Below are positions 18,048 through 27,677 of a DNA stretch of 64,000 nucleotides, in pieces; position 1 is the first letter of the stretch; every line of letters starts with the position of its first letter. The notes below the pieces were generated by a model. It was not told the origin of the DNA. It saw only the letters and a list, made by a program, of their open reading frames with translations, and did no database searches. The translations under genes and the position numbers were made by a program. Source of the stretch: an uncultured Alphaproteobacteria bacterium (GTDB lineage Bacteria; Pseudomonadota; Alphaproteobacteria; HIMB59; GCA-002718135); NCBI GenBank assembly GCA_902589095.1, contig CACIRR010000001.1:17627-81626 (forward strand), written 5' to 3'.

Positions 18048-18515
18048 TTGATCATAATGAAAGTTTTTACAACTATAACATTTATTATTATATTCAGTAC
18101 ATCTCTTCTTGCTGAAATAAAAAAACCTTCACCAGACATTAAACCTGAAGATGTTATAAAAATTCAATTATCTTCTCTAATGAAAAATAATGAGCCCTAT
18201 TTAAATGCTGGTATAGAACAAACGTGGGAGTTTGCCCATCCCTCTAATAGAGCATTCACTGGACCCCTTCAAAGATTTACCAACATGATGTATGCTCCAT
18301 CTTACGCTGTTATGTTGGATCATTCAAAACACGAAATTCTAGAAGTTAAACTAGATAACAATACTGCCTATTTTTTTATTGAGCTTACTGCTTCTGATGG
18401 AAAAATGTTTGGATTTAAATGGACATTAGAAAAAGTCATGGAAGAAGGTATGTTTAAAGATTGTTGGATGACCACTGCTGTCTCTACGCCTATGCCTCTT
18501 TCCACATCATCCTAA
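18048..18515 (+). CDS. Secreted protein, possibly DUF4864-like
   Basis: Has an N-terminal signal peptide. The body loosely resembles the DUF4864 pattern (IQLSSL...AFTGPLQRFTNMMYAPSYAVML). The family call is from memory only. Confidence 0.4.
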   Translation: MIIMKVFTTITFIIIFSTSLLAEIKKPSPDIKPEDVIKIQLSSLMKNNEPYLNAGIEQTWEFAHPSNRAFTGPLQRFTNMMYAPSYAVMLDHSKHEILEVKLDNNTAYFFIELTASDGKMFGFKWTLEKVMEEGMFKDCWMTTAVSTPMPLSTSS

Positions 18516-19162
18516 TGTGTGGAAGATTTGCAAGCTATAAAAATCTTAATAAATTAAAAGATGTATTCAACTTTAACAATTCAGATTTCAAGATATCTCC
18601 ATCTTTTAATATTTCGCCAGGTCAAGATGTAAATATAATTATAAATTATAAACACGAAAATTATTTTTTACATTCTAATTGGGGTTACAATTTTATAAAT
18701 AAAAACACTCAAAATAAACAGACTGTTATCAATAGTAGAATTGAAACTATAAATACTAAACTTCTTTTTAAGGATTCATTTTTAAAAAGAAAATGCATCA
18801 TTCCAGCCAATGGATATTTCGAGTGGTGTCAAAAGGAAGGTGAAAAAAAACCTTATTTTCTTCAATTAGGTGAGGGTGAATTAATATATTTTGCAGGTGT
18901 GTGGAGGAAAGAAAAATATAATGATGATAAAAGAAGAGTTTTTTCAATCCTTACAAAACCAGCAAACAAAAAAATAAGTGAAATTCACCACCGAATGCCA
19001 TTAATTTTTAACCCAAATGATGCCCAAGAATATTTAGATAGAAAAGATAATAATTTAAATTTTGATCATCAAGAGGATATTGATTTAAACTACGTTGAAG
19101 TTTCTAAGTACGTCAACAATCCTAAAAATAATGATGAAAAATGTATTATGGCTATAAATTAA
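18515..19162 (+). CDS. yedK: SOS-response-associated peptidase (SRAP / YedK-type abasic-site processing protein)
   Basis: The start is set at ATG 18515 so the protein begins MCGRF, with the invariant catalytic Cys2 of SRAP proteins. The HHRMP motif is present. The ATG overlaps the upstream stop (TAATG). Confidence 0.85.
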   Translation: MCGRFASYKNLNKLKDVFNFNNSDFKISPSFNISPGQDVNIIINYKHENYFLHSNWGYNFINKNTQNKQTVINSRIETINTKLLFKDSFLKRKCIIPANGYFEWCQKEGEKKPYFLQLGEGELIYFAGVWRKEKYNDDKRRVFSILTKPANKKISEIHHRMPLIFNPNDAQEYLDRKDNNLNFDHQEDIDLNYVEVSKYVNNPKNNDEKCIMAIN

Positions 19163-19175
19163 TAATAGTAAATTA

Positions 19176-19337
19176 ATGAATTTTTGTTATTACCTCTTTA
19201 TGAATATATTCCATAAAAATGAATTTTGGCTTCTTGTTTTCTCACTAGGGCTTCTGTATTGGTTGTTTAACCCCTCGGTTTTAATGACATTAGTAATGAT
19301 TGTGCCTTTACTTTTAGCCACATCCGCTAAAAAATAA
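19176..19337 (+). CDS. Possible small membrane protein (53 aa), below the ORF-track cutoff
   Basis: An ATG-to-TAA ORF read by hand (MNFCYYLFMNIFHKNEFWLLVFSLGLLYWLFNPSVLMTLVMIVPLLLATSAKK) fills an otherwise empty 198-nt gap. It has no recognisable ribosome-binding site or motif. Confidence 0.25.
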   Translation: MNFCYYLFMNIFHKNEFWLLVFSLGLLYWLFNPSVLMTLVMIVPLLLATSAKK

Positions 19338-19360
19338 ACAATCTTTCACTTTCATTAATT

Positions 19361-19810
19361 ATGACCAACAAAATTAAATTTAAATTAAGCCTTACTAATA
19401 ACTCCATTTTAGATTCAACAAAGTTGGATAACAAAACTGTTTTGTTTTTCTACCCAAAAGCAATGACAGGAGGCTGTTCAATAGAAGTACAGGATTTTCA
19501 AAAAAAATTATCAACTTTTAAAAAGCTTGGTTTTGATGTTTTTGGTGCATCAAAAGACTCAATTGAAAAAAATACTAAATTTTCTAATAAATATAAACTT
19601 AAATATGATCTTGGGTCAGATTTAACTGATGTTTGTGAAAAACTGGGAATATGGATTGAAAAATCTATGTATGGCAAAAAGTATTTTGGCATTAATAGGT
19701 CTACATTTATTTTAGATAATAATGGCAAAATTTTACACAGCTGGACTAAAGTGAAAGTAAAAGATCATGTTGATGAAGTGTTAGCTTACATCAAAGAAAA
19801 CAAGCTATAA
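19361..19810 (+). CDS. bcp: Thioredoxin-dependent thiol peroxidase (Bcp-type peroxiredoxin)
   Basis: 149 aa with the peroxiredoxin active-site context FYPKAMTGGCSIE (PxxxTxxC). Confidence 0.85.
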   Translation: MTNKIKFKLSLTNNSILDSTKLDNKTVLFFYPKAMTGGCSIEVQDFQKKLSTFKKLGFDVFGASKDSIEKNTKFSNKYKLKYDLGSDLTDVCEKLGIWIEKSMYGKKYFGINRSTFILDNNGKILHSWTKVKVKDHVDEVLAYIKENKL

Positions 19811-19812
19811 TT

Positions 19813-20706
19813 CTACTTTGTTTTTCCAAGTTTTCTCTCTCTTTGTATTACAAATAAACCGCTAAATATAATAAATAATGCCCCAATGATCATATTGATC
19901 GTTGGAAGCTCATCAAAGAAAATGTAACCAAAAAATATTCCAAATATAATAACACTATATCTTGCTGATGACGTGAGAGATAATGGTGCATAAAAAACTG
20001 TTAAAACTGAGAGTAAATATGCAATAGATAAAAAAATAGAAGCCAGTATTATCTTAAAAAGTGATATAAATTCTAAACTAAATTCTGAAAATAAAGATCC
20101 AAAACCAGAAAATACAGTCATCAATAAAGATGTTATAAAAATTATTTCAAAACTATTATTATCATTAGCAATATTTTTTGTTTTAATATCTCTAATTGTC
20201 AAAAAAATTGCAGCCATAATTGGCAAAATATATAAAAAATTAAAATCTACTTTATTAGGATTTATAACTATCAATACTCCAATAAATCCAACTGTTATTG
20301 CTATCCATCTTCTTATTCCAACTTTTTCTTTTAAAAATAAAAAGGCGAAAATTGTTACAAATAAAGGATTTGTCATTAGCAAAGTGTAAACTTCTGCAAA
20401 TGGTAATAAAATTAATCCTGATAGAAAACAAATAGCTGTTAAAACTTCATATAAACCTCTTTTGTGATATGAGATCTTACTAACTATTGTAATTAAATTT
20501 TTTCTTTCAACAATTTTTATATATAATAAAATTACTAAAGTTGTAAAAAGCCCTCTAATAAATATTGTATTTAATAAAGAAAGTTGATTTGAGGATTCTA
20601 TTACAATTAATTTCACTAAACTATCATTTAGAGAAAAAGAAAATTGACTCAAAATCATGAATAAAATACCTAGTATTGCAGGAGAAAAAATATACTTGCG
20701 TTTCAT
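19813..20706 (-). CDS. DMT superfamily (EamA) transporter
   Basis: 297 aa, about 10 TM, two EamA-like halves. Confidence 0.8.
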   Translation of the reverse strand: MKRKYIFSPAILGILFMILSQFSFSLNDSLVKLIVIESSNQLSLLNTIFIRGLFTTLVILLYIKIVERKNLITIVSKISYHKRGLYEVLTAICFLSGLILLPFAEVYTLLMTNPLFVTIFAFLFLKEKVGIRRWIAITVGFIGVLIVINPNKVDFNFLYILPIMAAIFLTIRDIKTKNIANDNNSFEIIFITSLLMTVFSGFGSLFSEFSLEFISLFKIILASIFLSIAYLLSVLTVFYAPLSLTSSARYSVIIFGIFFGYIFFDELPTINMIIGALFIIFSGLFVIQRERKLGKTK

Positions 20707-20732
20707 AGTAAAAAAAAATAAGTAGTTTTTAT

Positions 20733-22067
20733 ATGCTAAAATCTAACCAATCACATCATCTATATGGTTTTACAGATTTAAAAACCTTAAATGAGAGAGG
20801 TCCTTTGGTTATTTCACATGGTAAAGGTATTTACGTATTTGATATTCATGATAAAAAATATTTAGATGCCAATTCAGGTTTGTGGAATGCATGTGCTGGT
20901 TTTGATCATCCCGGTTTAATAGAAGTAGCTCAAAAACAATATGCTAAATTTGCTGGTTATCACTCTTTGTTTGGAAGACTCCCAGAAGAAACTCTAGAAC
21001 TTGCAGATAAAATTATAGAAGTGTCTCCATTTGATGAAGGAAGAGTCTTTTTTTGTAATTCAGGATCAGAGGCAAATGATACGATGGTAAAAATGTTGTG
21101 GATGCTTAATGCTAGAAAAGGAAAACCAAACAAAAGAAAAATAATTACAAGAATAAATGGCTATCATGGAGTTACACTCGGTGCAGCATCGATGACTGGC
21201 AAACCCTATAACGGAGAGTTCCAATTACCCTTAGATGGATTTATTCATGCTGATTGCCCTCATTATTGGAAATTTGGCAAAGAAGGCGAATATGAAGAGG
21301 AATTTTCAAAAAGAATGGCAAATAATTTAGAGAAGTTAATTTTAAAAGAAGGCGCGGACACAATTGCAGGTTTTGTGGCTGAACCTGTTCAGGGAGCTGG
21401 TGGCGTAATTCCACCTTCAATAAATTATTTTGATTTAATTCAACCAATTTTAAAAAAATATGACATTCCTCTTGTTGCAGATGAAGTAATTTGTGGTTTT
21501 GGAAGAACAGGAAATTTATGGGGATGTGAAACATACAACATTAAACCAGATATCATTATTTCTTCTAAGTGTTTAACGGCAGGATATTTTCCAATGGGGG
21601 CAGTAATTGTAAATAAAGACTTTGCTGATGAGTTTACATCTGTGTCAGAAGACGCAGAAGAATTTCCTCATGGGTTTACAGCAGGAGGGCACCCAGTTGG
21701 CTGTGCAATAGCATTGAAAGCAATTGATGTAATTATTAATGAAGGTTTGTTAGATAATGTAAGAAGTGTATCACCATATTTTCATGAGAGACTTAATGAA
21801 TTTAATGACTATGAGCATATTGGTGAGACAAGAGGAATTGGACTCATGGCTGCTCTAGAAATGGTAAAAAATAAAAAAACAAAAGAACCTTTTGAAGGCC
21901 ATTTAAACATGGGTGATAAAATTGCAAATATGTCAATTGACAATGGTTTAATTTGCAGACCTTTAGGACCGGCTATTGTTTTATGTCCGCAATTTATAAT
22001 CAATAAAGTTCAAATAGATGAAATGTTTGATAGTCTTCACAATACTCTGAAACAAGCCTTTAATTAG
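20733..22067 (+). CDS. Class-III amine:pyruvate (omega) aminotransferase
   Basis: 444 aa with GSEANDT and DEVICGFGRTG, a lysine in SSKCLTAGYFPMGAV, and a tail EEFPHGFTAGGHPVGCAIALKAIDV...ICRPLG that closely resembles characterised Vibrio-type omega-transaminases. Confidence 0.88.
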   Translation: MLKSNQSHHLYGFTDLKTLNERGPLVISHGKGIYVFDIHDKKYLDANSGLWNACAGFDHPGLIEVAQKQYAKFAGYHSLFGRLPEETLELADKIIEVSPFDEGRVFFCNSGSEANDTMVKMLWMLNARKGKPNKRKIITRINGYHGVTLGAASMTGKPYNGEFQLPLDGFIHADCPHYWKFGKEGEYEEEFSKRMANNLEKLILKEGADTIAGFVAEPVQGAGGVIPPSINYFDLIQPILKKYDIPLVADEVICGFGRTGNLWGCETYNIKPDIIISSKCLTAGYFPMGAVIVNKDFADEFTSVSEDAEEFPHGFTAGGHPVGCAIALKAIDVIINEGLLDNVRSVSPYFHERLNEFNDYEHIGETRGIGLMAALEMVKNKKTKEPFEGHLNMGDKIANMSIDNGLICRPLGPAIVLCPQFIINKVQIDEMFDSLHNTLKQAFN

Positions 22068-22363
22068 TTTGTTTCATATTTTACAATAAAACCTGAGTAG
22101 GTAACATTGCTGATTATGCTTGAGGGAATAACTCCTTCGACAAGTGCCATATCAGGACCAGTTTTTGATTTTTCTGTTATAGATAATATCGATTGCATAT
22201 CACCTTGAATAATTGCTTCTACTTCGTCTTTACTTTCTTTATTTTGCACATAACCGTTTAAACCAAGTGATATTGCCAAATCACTAAACCAATGACGAAA
22301 ACCAACATTTTGAACTTTGCCTTTAATAATTAATCTATAAGTTTTAATTTCTTTATTTTCCAT
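22064..22363 (-). CDS. acyP: Acylphosphatase
   Basis: 99 aa with the signature GKVQNVGFRHW. Confidence 0.85.
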   Translation of the reverse strand: MENKEIKTYRLIIKGKVQNVGFRHWFSDLAISLGLNGYVQNKESKDEVEAIIQGDMQSILSITEKSKTGPDMALVEGVIPSSIISNVTYSGFIVKYETN

Positions 22364-22428
22364 AAATATTGTATTGTTTGTGAAATATAATAACTAAATC
22401 TTTCAATACAATCTTATTTAGAAAAAAT

Positions 22429-23304
22429 ATGAAAAAAAATATTATTTTAGCTTCCTCTGCTTTATTATTATCTAGTATTTTTTTTGTAATTAATGACGCG
22501 ATCATTAATTATTTATCTTCTAATAATATACAATTTTATCATTTTATTTTTTATGGAACACCTGCATATTTAAGTGTTCCAATATATTTATTTTTTAAAA
22601 AAAATTTAAAAAAACATCTGGTAAGCACTAATTATAAAATTTTGTTTATAAGATCTTTAATTTTTTCACCAATGCCTTTTATTACCTTTTTGGCACTTAA
22701 AAATATAACCTTACCTGAATTTACAACTTTAAATATGTCTTCGCCATTAGTAGGCGCTATACTTGCTTTTTTTATTTTAAAAGAAAAACTGAATATTTTT
22801 ATTTATACATCACTATTTTTTGGTTTTACTGGAGTCTTATTTGTTGTTCAACCAGGCTTTGATACTTTTAATATTTATTTTTTAGTTACTTTATTAGGTG
22901 TTTGTTTAATTACTTTAAGTACTGTTATAGTAAATAAATTTAATAACATTGCTACGGCCGTTGGTTATTTTATTTATGGTGGTTTAATTATACATATAAC
23001 ATCATTTATTTTATTTTTAATAGATCCTCTAAAAGTAGATTTAAAAATTTTTTTTCTAATAACAACAGCTTCAATATTTATTAACCTTGCTATTTTTTTA
23101 GCTACCTATTCATTTAGAATGGCGCAAAAGTATTATTCAGCAATTTTTTGCTTGGTTTATCTACAGATTGTTTGGTCATCTTTAGTCGGATACTTTTTCT
23201 TTAACGAATATCTCAATACATTCGCTTTTATTGGAGCTATATTGATTGTCTTTAGTGGTATAATTTCTGTTCCTGGTCAAATCAAACAAGTTTATGGCAA
23301 ATAA
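22429..23304 (+). CDS. DMT superfamily (EamA) transporter
   Basis: 291 aa, about 10 TM, EamA-like repeats. Confidence 0.75.
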   Translation: MKKNIILASSALLLSSIFFVINDAIINYLSSNNIQFYHFIFYGTPAYLSVPIYLFFKKNLKKHLVSTNYKILFIRSLIFSPMPFITFLALKNITLPEFTTLNMSSPLVGAILAFFILKEKLNIFIYTSLFFGFTGVLFVVQPGFDTFNIYFLVTLLGVCLITLSTVIVNKFNNIATAVGYFIYGGLIIHITSFILFLIDPLKVDLKIFFLITTASIFINLAIFLATYSFRMAQKYYSAIFCLVYLQIVWSSLVGYFFFNEYLNTFAFIGAILIVFSGIISVPGQIKQVYGK

Positions 23305-24181
23305 TTATATTGCTATTACACTAAAAATTTTATCTGTAATTTTTTTTGTCTTGATGGATGTATTAATTAAAAAACTATCTTCAGATTTTAATACTTTTCA
23401 AATTGTTTTTTTTAGATGTTTCTTTGGAATTTTTCCTGTTTTGGTCATGATGCATTTTACTAATTCAACCCTTAAAACGAATAAAATAAATTTGCATTTG
23501 CTAAGAGCTGTAATCGCTTGTCTAGCTATGTTTTGTTTTTTTAGAGCATTTGGTATTTTGCCTTTAGCTGATGTTTCATCAATAAGTTTTGCAAGCATTA
23601 TGATCATTACAATTCTTGCAATTTTTATTTTGAAAGAAAAAGTTGGCATTAGACGATGGTTAGCAATTTTTTTTGGATTTATTGGAGTTTTGATCGTTTT
23701 TAGGCCAGGTACTTCTTTATTTAGTTTTTTTTCTATTTATCCTCTTATAGGTGCATTTGCACTTTCGTTTGCAGTCATTATCATGAAAAAATTACTATCA
23801 TATGATGCTCCACCTACTTGTAGTTTTTATCTTCATGCATTTGTTTCTTTATTCTATTTGCCTATTCTTATCCTTAATTGGCAACAACCAACGTTAAATT
23901 TATGGTTATTATTAATTGCTATGGGGTTTTGTGGTGGTATCGCCCAAATCCTGTTAACTAATGCCTATAAAATATCAACTGTTAATCTTTTGCAACCTTT
24001 CGATTATACGGCTATAATCTGGGCAATAACTTTTGGAATTATATTTTTTAATGATTATCCTGATAAATATGTAATTATTGGCAGTCTAGTAATTGTTATT
24101 TCAACATATTATATTATTTACAGAGAAAACAAATTAGGCAAAAAAATCAACATCCTTAAAGTTAACCAAAGGCAAATATGA
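23294..24181 (+). CDS. DMT superfamily (EamA) transporter
   Basis: 295 aa, about 10 TM. The segment LKEKVGIRRW is shared with the DMT at 19813-20706. It overlaps the upstream DMT gene by 11 nt. Confidence 0.8.
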   Translation: MANNYIAITLKILSVIFFVLMDVLIKKLSSDFNTFQIVFFRCFFGIFPVLVMMHFTNSTLKTNKINLHLLRAVIACLAMFCFFRAFGILPLADVSSISFASIMIITILAIFILKEKVGIRRWLAIFFGFIGVLIVFRPGTSLFSFFSIYPLIGAFALSFAVIIMKKLLSYDAPPTCSFYLHAFVSLFYLPILILNWQQPTLNLWLLLIAMGFCGGIAQILLTNAYKISTVNLLQPFDYTAIIWAITFGIIFFNDYPDKYVIIGSLVIVISTYYIIYRENKLGKKINILKVNQRQI

Positions 24182-24900
24182 AAAAAATTATCATAATTAT
24201 ATTATTTCTTTCTAAAATAACGCTAGCAAACAATGTCACAGTTACAAATAATATTGAGGGTGAAGGCACAGAAATTATTTTGCATTCAAAAATTTTAGTT
24301 CATTACACTGGCAAGCTTGAGGATGGAACTGTTTTTGATAGCAGTTATGACAGAGATCAACCATTTAGTTTTCAAATAGGTTTAAGACAAGTAATAGAAG
24401 GTTGGGAGCAAGGACTTTTAGGAATGAGAGTTGGAGGTAAAAGAACTATTTTTATACCCTCTGAACTCGGATATGGAGATAGAGGTGCTGGTGATCTCAT
24501 ACCACCTAATTCAAATCTTATTTTTGATGTAGAAATTATGGACGTTCAACTTCCGAACTATAAACTTGTAGTTAGTAATGAGATTGGTAAATTGCAGAAA
24601 GATAATTACAAATTCATTGATATAAGAACAAAAAAAGAAAGAGATAATACTGGGATTATTCCTGGTTCTTTAGAAATCACCGCTTTTGATATCTATGGAA
24701 ATTTTGTTCCAGAATTTATGAAAACTTTTCAAGACCTTGTTGATTTAAATGACAATGTTGTTTTTATCAGCAATGAGGGTGAAATATCTTCTATTCTAGC
24801 AAACGGTTTTGCTGAGCAACTTGGTGCAAAAAATATGCACTCGTTAAAAGGGGGCATTCAACAGCTTGTTAAAGATAATTATAAATTAATTAAAAATTAA
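24178..24900 (+). CDS. Secreted FKBP-type peptidyl-prolyl isomerase fused to a rhodanese-homology domain lacking the catalytic Cys
   Basis: Signal peptide, then an FKBP core (VHYTGKLEDGTVFDSSYDR...GWEQGLLGMRVGGKR...IPPNSNLIFDVE). The C-terminal half aligns to rhodanese (FIDIRTKKER...IPGSLEI...VVFISNEGEISS...LKGGIQQ), with Ser where the active-site Cys is expected. Confidence 0.78.
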   Translation: MKKIIIIILFLSKITLANNVTVTNNIEGEGTEIILHSKILVHYTGKLEDGTVFDSSYDRDQPFSFQIGLRQVIEGWEQGLLGMRVGGKRTIFIPSELGYGDRGAGDLIPPNSNLIFDVEIMDVQLPNYKLVVSNEIGKLQKDNYKFIDIRTKKERDNTGIIPGSLEITAFDIYGNFVPEFMKTFQDLVDLNDNVVFISNEGEISSILANGFAEQLGAKNMHSLKGGIQQLVKDNYKLIKN

Positions 24901-25693
24901 TTTTTAAATTTTGATTTGAAGCTGTATCTAAAATAAACTGCCACGCAGTTCTTCCAGTTCTATTACCTCTTTGCAAACTCCATTGGATTGCTTTTTTTTT
25001 GATATTTTCATCATAGTTTATTTTATAATACTCACAGTATGTTTGAATTATTTTTAGATAATCAATTTGCGATAATTTGTGAAAACCAATCCATAGGCCA
25101 AATCTATCACTAAGACTTATTTTTTCTTCTACGCTTTCATCTGTATGTATTGCTGAAGATCTTTCATTATCAATCATATCTCTTGGCATTAGATGCCGCC
25201 TATTTGATGAGACATATAATAAAATGTTATTTGGCTGATTTTGAATACTGCCATCTAATGTTGATTTAATTATTTTATAATCACTATCTATTTTTTCAAA
25301 TGATAAATCATCGATAAAAATAATAAATTTGTAATCAGAAAACTTACCAATAAGTTGATATATAAACTCAATATCAAAAATATTATCTTTATTAAGCTGT
25401 ATTAGCTTTAAAGTTCTAAAAGTTGATAAAACTTCATGAAAAACTGATTTGATTAGAGAGCTTTTTCCATTCCCTCTTGCTCCCCATAGTAGTGCATTAT
25501 TTGTAAAATTACCCTCCGCAAAACTTCTAGTATTATTTAATAAAATGCTTTTTTGTCTTTCAACCCCTATAATCAAATCTAGTTTTAAAGGCTTAAAACT
25601 TTTAATTGGCTGGATACTTTTGTTTTCATTTTTCCAAATAAAATATGAGTTTTGCTTTATAGCTTGCTTTAATAGATACTTTCTCAAAAACAT
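24890..25693 (-). CDS. DUF815-type P-loop ATPase
   Basis: 267 aa with Walker A LWGARGNGKSS and Walker B FIIFIDDL. This family is commonly found next to yajC-secDF in alphaproteobacteria. Confidence 0.72.
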   Translation of the reverse strand: MFLRKYLLKQAIKQNSYFIWKNENKSIQPIKSFKPLKLDLIIGVERQKSILLNNTRSFAEGNFTNNALLWGARGNGKSSLIKSVFHEVLSTFRTLKLIQLNKDNIFDIEFIYQLIGKFSDYKFIIFIDDLSFEKIDSDYKIIKSTLDGSIQNQPNNILLYVSSNRRHLMPRDMIDNERSSAIHTDESVEEKISLSDRFGLWIGFHKLSQIDYLKIIQTYCEYYKINYDENIKKKAIQWSLQRGNRTGRTAWQFILDTASNQNLKINF

Positions 25694-25769
25694 GTAATTT
25701 CTTCACTTTAATTGCTTTTTTCTTTTACACAGTATAAGAAATCTCTCAAATTAATAATCAAGGAAATTT

Positions 25770-26120
25770 ATGGAATCAATTGGCGCTTTTCTACCATTAA
25801 TTTTAATTTTTGGTGTTTTTTATATCCTCTTAATTCGACCTCAACAAAAAAAGGTAAAGCAACATCGTGAAATGTTAAATAACCTGAGAAGAGGTGATAA
25901 AATAATTACTTCAGGTGGAATTATAGGCACTATTAATAAAGTTGCAGACAACAGAGAATTGCAAGTTCAAGTTTCTGAGAATGTTGAAATTAAGATTGCG
26001 CCAGGAATGGTAGCTGATCTTTATACCTCTGCAGAGACAGAAAAAAAACAACAAGTAAAAGAAACTAAGACTGAAGCAAAAGGTGGGTTATTATCAGGTC
26101 TTTTAGGTAAAAAAAAATAA
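25770..26120 (+). CDS. yajC: Preprotein translocase subunit YajC
   Basis: 116 aa with a single TM followed by RPQQKK...L..GD.ITSGGIIG, typical of YajC. It lies upstream of secDF. Confidence 0.9.
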   Translation: MESIGAFLPLILIFGVFYILLIRPQQKKVKQHREMLNNLRRGDKIITSGGIIGTINKVADNRELQVQVSENVEIKIAPGMVADLYTSAETEKKQQVKETKTEAKGGLLSGLLGKKK

Positions 26121-26126
26121 TTCAAT

Positions 26127-27677
26127 ATGAAAAATTATCCTCTGTGGAAGATTATTGTAGTTTTTATACTATTGGGTTTAGGCATTACATTTGCTATCCC
26201 TTCTTTACTTTATAAGGAAGATACAGGAAGTTGGTATCTTGATAATCGTTTAAATCTTGGATTGGATTTGCAAGGAGGATCCTATCTACTACTTGAGGTT
26301 CAAACAGATGTCTTAATCAAAGAAGAGTTTGAAAATTTTAGTGACACTGTAAGAGTCATATCAAGAGAAAACAGAGTTAAGATTAATAATATTGAGAAGC
26401 AAAAAGATGTTTTAAAAGTTCGGTTTGATAGTTCTGAGAAATTAAATACAATAAGAGAAGAATTTTTAAAAAATTATCGTTCAGTAACATTTAGTATTAC
26501 AAATAATATAGCATCTATATCGATTGATGAGATTTACAAAAAATCTATACAAGACGGTGCTATAAAACAATCATTGGAAATAGTAAGAAAAAGAATAGAT
26601 GAATCAGGCACAAAAGAACCTCTTATTCAAAGATCTGGCAGGGACAGAATACTTCTGCAATTACCTGGTGTAAAAGATCCTGAGCGAATTAAAGATCTTT
26701 TAGGCAAAACAGCTAAATTAAATTTTCATATGGTTGATGATGATGATACTAAATCACTATCCCTTAATATTGCTCCATTTGGTAGAATGATCGTTTCAGA
26801 TATTAGTAAAGAAGAAATAAAATACTTGTTAGAAAAAAAATCAAGAGTAGGGGGTGAAAATTTAATTGATGCTTATGCGTCTTTTGATCCTACAGAAGGT
26901 CATGCTGTCTCTTTTAGATTTGATACAACTGGTGCACAAAAATTTGGAAAAGCAACTTCTGAAAATATAGGAAAAAGATTTGCTGTTGTCCTAGACGGTG
27001 TTGTAATTACTGCACCTGTTATTAATTCAGCAATTACTGGAGGATCAGGAATAATTACTGGTAATTTTACATCTCAGGAAGCAACAGACTTAGCGGTTTT
27101 GTTAAGAGCTGGTGCATTGCCAGCCCCACTTGAAATAGTTGAAGAACGTTCTGTTGGTCCAGGACTAGGAGCTGACTCAATAGCAGCGGGTCAGATTGCA
27201 TCTATAATTGGCATGATACTCGTTTGTATATTTATGGTTCTTATTTATGGATCTTTTGGTTTGATAGCAAATATATCACTTATAGCTAACTTATTTATTA
27301 TAATAGCTCTTCTCGGCACTATAGGTGCTACGTTAACTTTGCCTGGTATTGCAGGTATAGTACTAACGATTGGGATGGCAGTTGATGCAAATGTTTTGAT
27401 TTTTGAGAGAATTAAAGAAGAAAATGCTAAAAATACAAAGGTGTATGAAACAATCAAAAAAGGTTTTGATAGAGCTCTATCGACTATTTTAGATGCCAAT
27501 ATAACAACATTAATTGCATCCTTGTTATTATTCATTTTTGGATCTGGGCCAATAAAAGGTTTTTCAATTACTTTATCTTTAGGGGTAATCGCATCAATGT
27601 TTACTGCATTGATGCTCACTAATCTCTTAGTGCATTTTTATATATCTTTTACTTCAAAAAAGGAGATTAATTTATAA
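26127..27677 (+). CDS. secD: Protein translocase subunit SecD
   Basis: 516 aa with a conserved LGLDLQGG motif and C-terminal 6-TM domain. It abuts secF. Confidence 0.95.
   Translation: MKNYPLWKIIVVFILLGLGITFAIPSLLYKEDTGSWYLDNRLNLGLDLQGGSYLLLEVQTDVLIKEEFENFSDTVRVISRENRVKINNIEKQKDVLKVRFDSSEKLNTIREEFLKNYRSVTFSITNNIASISIDEIYKKSIQDGAIKQSLEIVRKRIDESGTKEPLIQRSGRDRILLQLPGVKDPERIKDLLGKTAKLNFHMVDDDDTKSLSLNIAPFGRMIVSDISKEEIKYLLEKKSRVGGENLIDAYASFDPTEGHAVSFRFDTTGAQKFGKATSENIGKRFAVVLDGVVITAPVINSAITGGSGIITGNFTSQEATDLAVLLRAGALPAPLEIVEERSVGPGLGADSIAAGQIASIIGMILVCIFMVLIYGSFGLIANISLIANLFIIIALLGTIGATLTLPGIAGIVLTIGMAVDANVLIFERIKEENAKNTKVYETIKKGFDRALSTILDANITTLIASLLLFIFGSGPIKGFSITLSLGVIASMFTALMLTNLLVHFYISFTSKKEINL

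Noticed and set aside
18461-18514. The N-terminal extension of the SRAP ORF (MLDDHCCLYAYASFHIIL...).
   Set aside because: SRAP proteins require Cys at position 2. The extension overlaps the 3' end of the upstream gene and has no homology signature.
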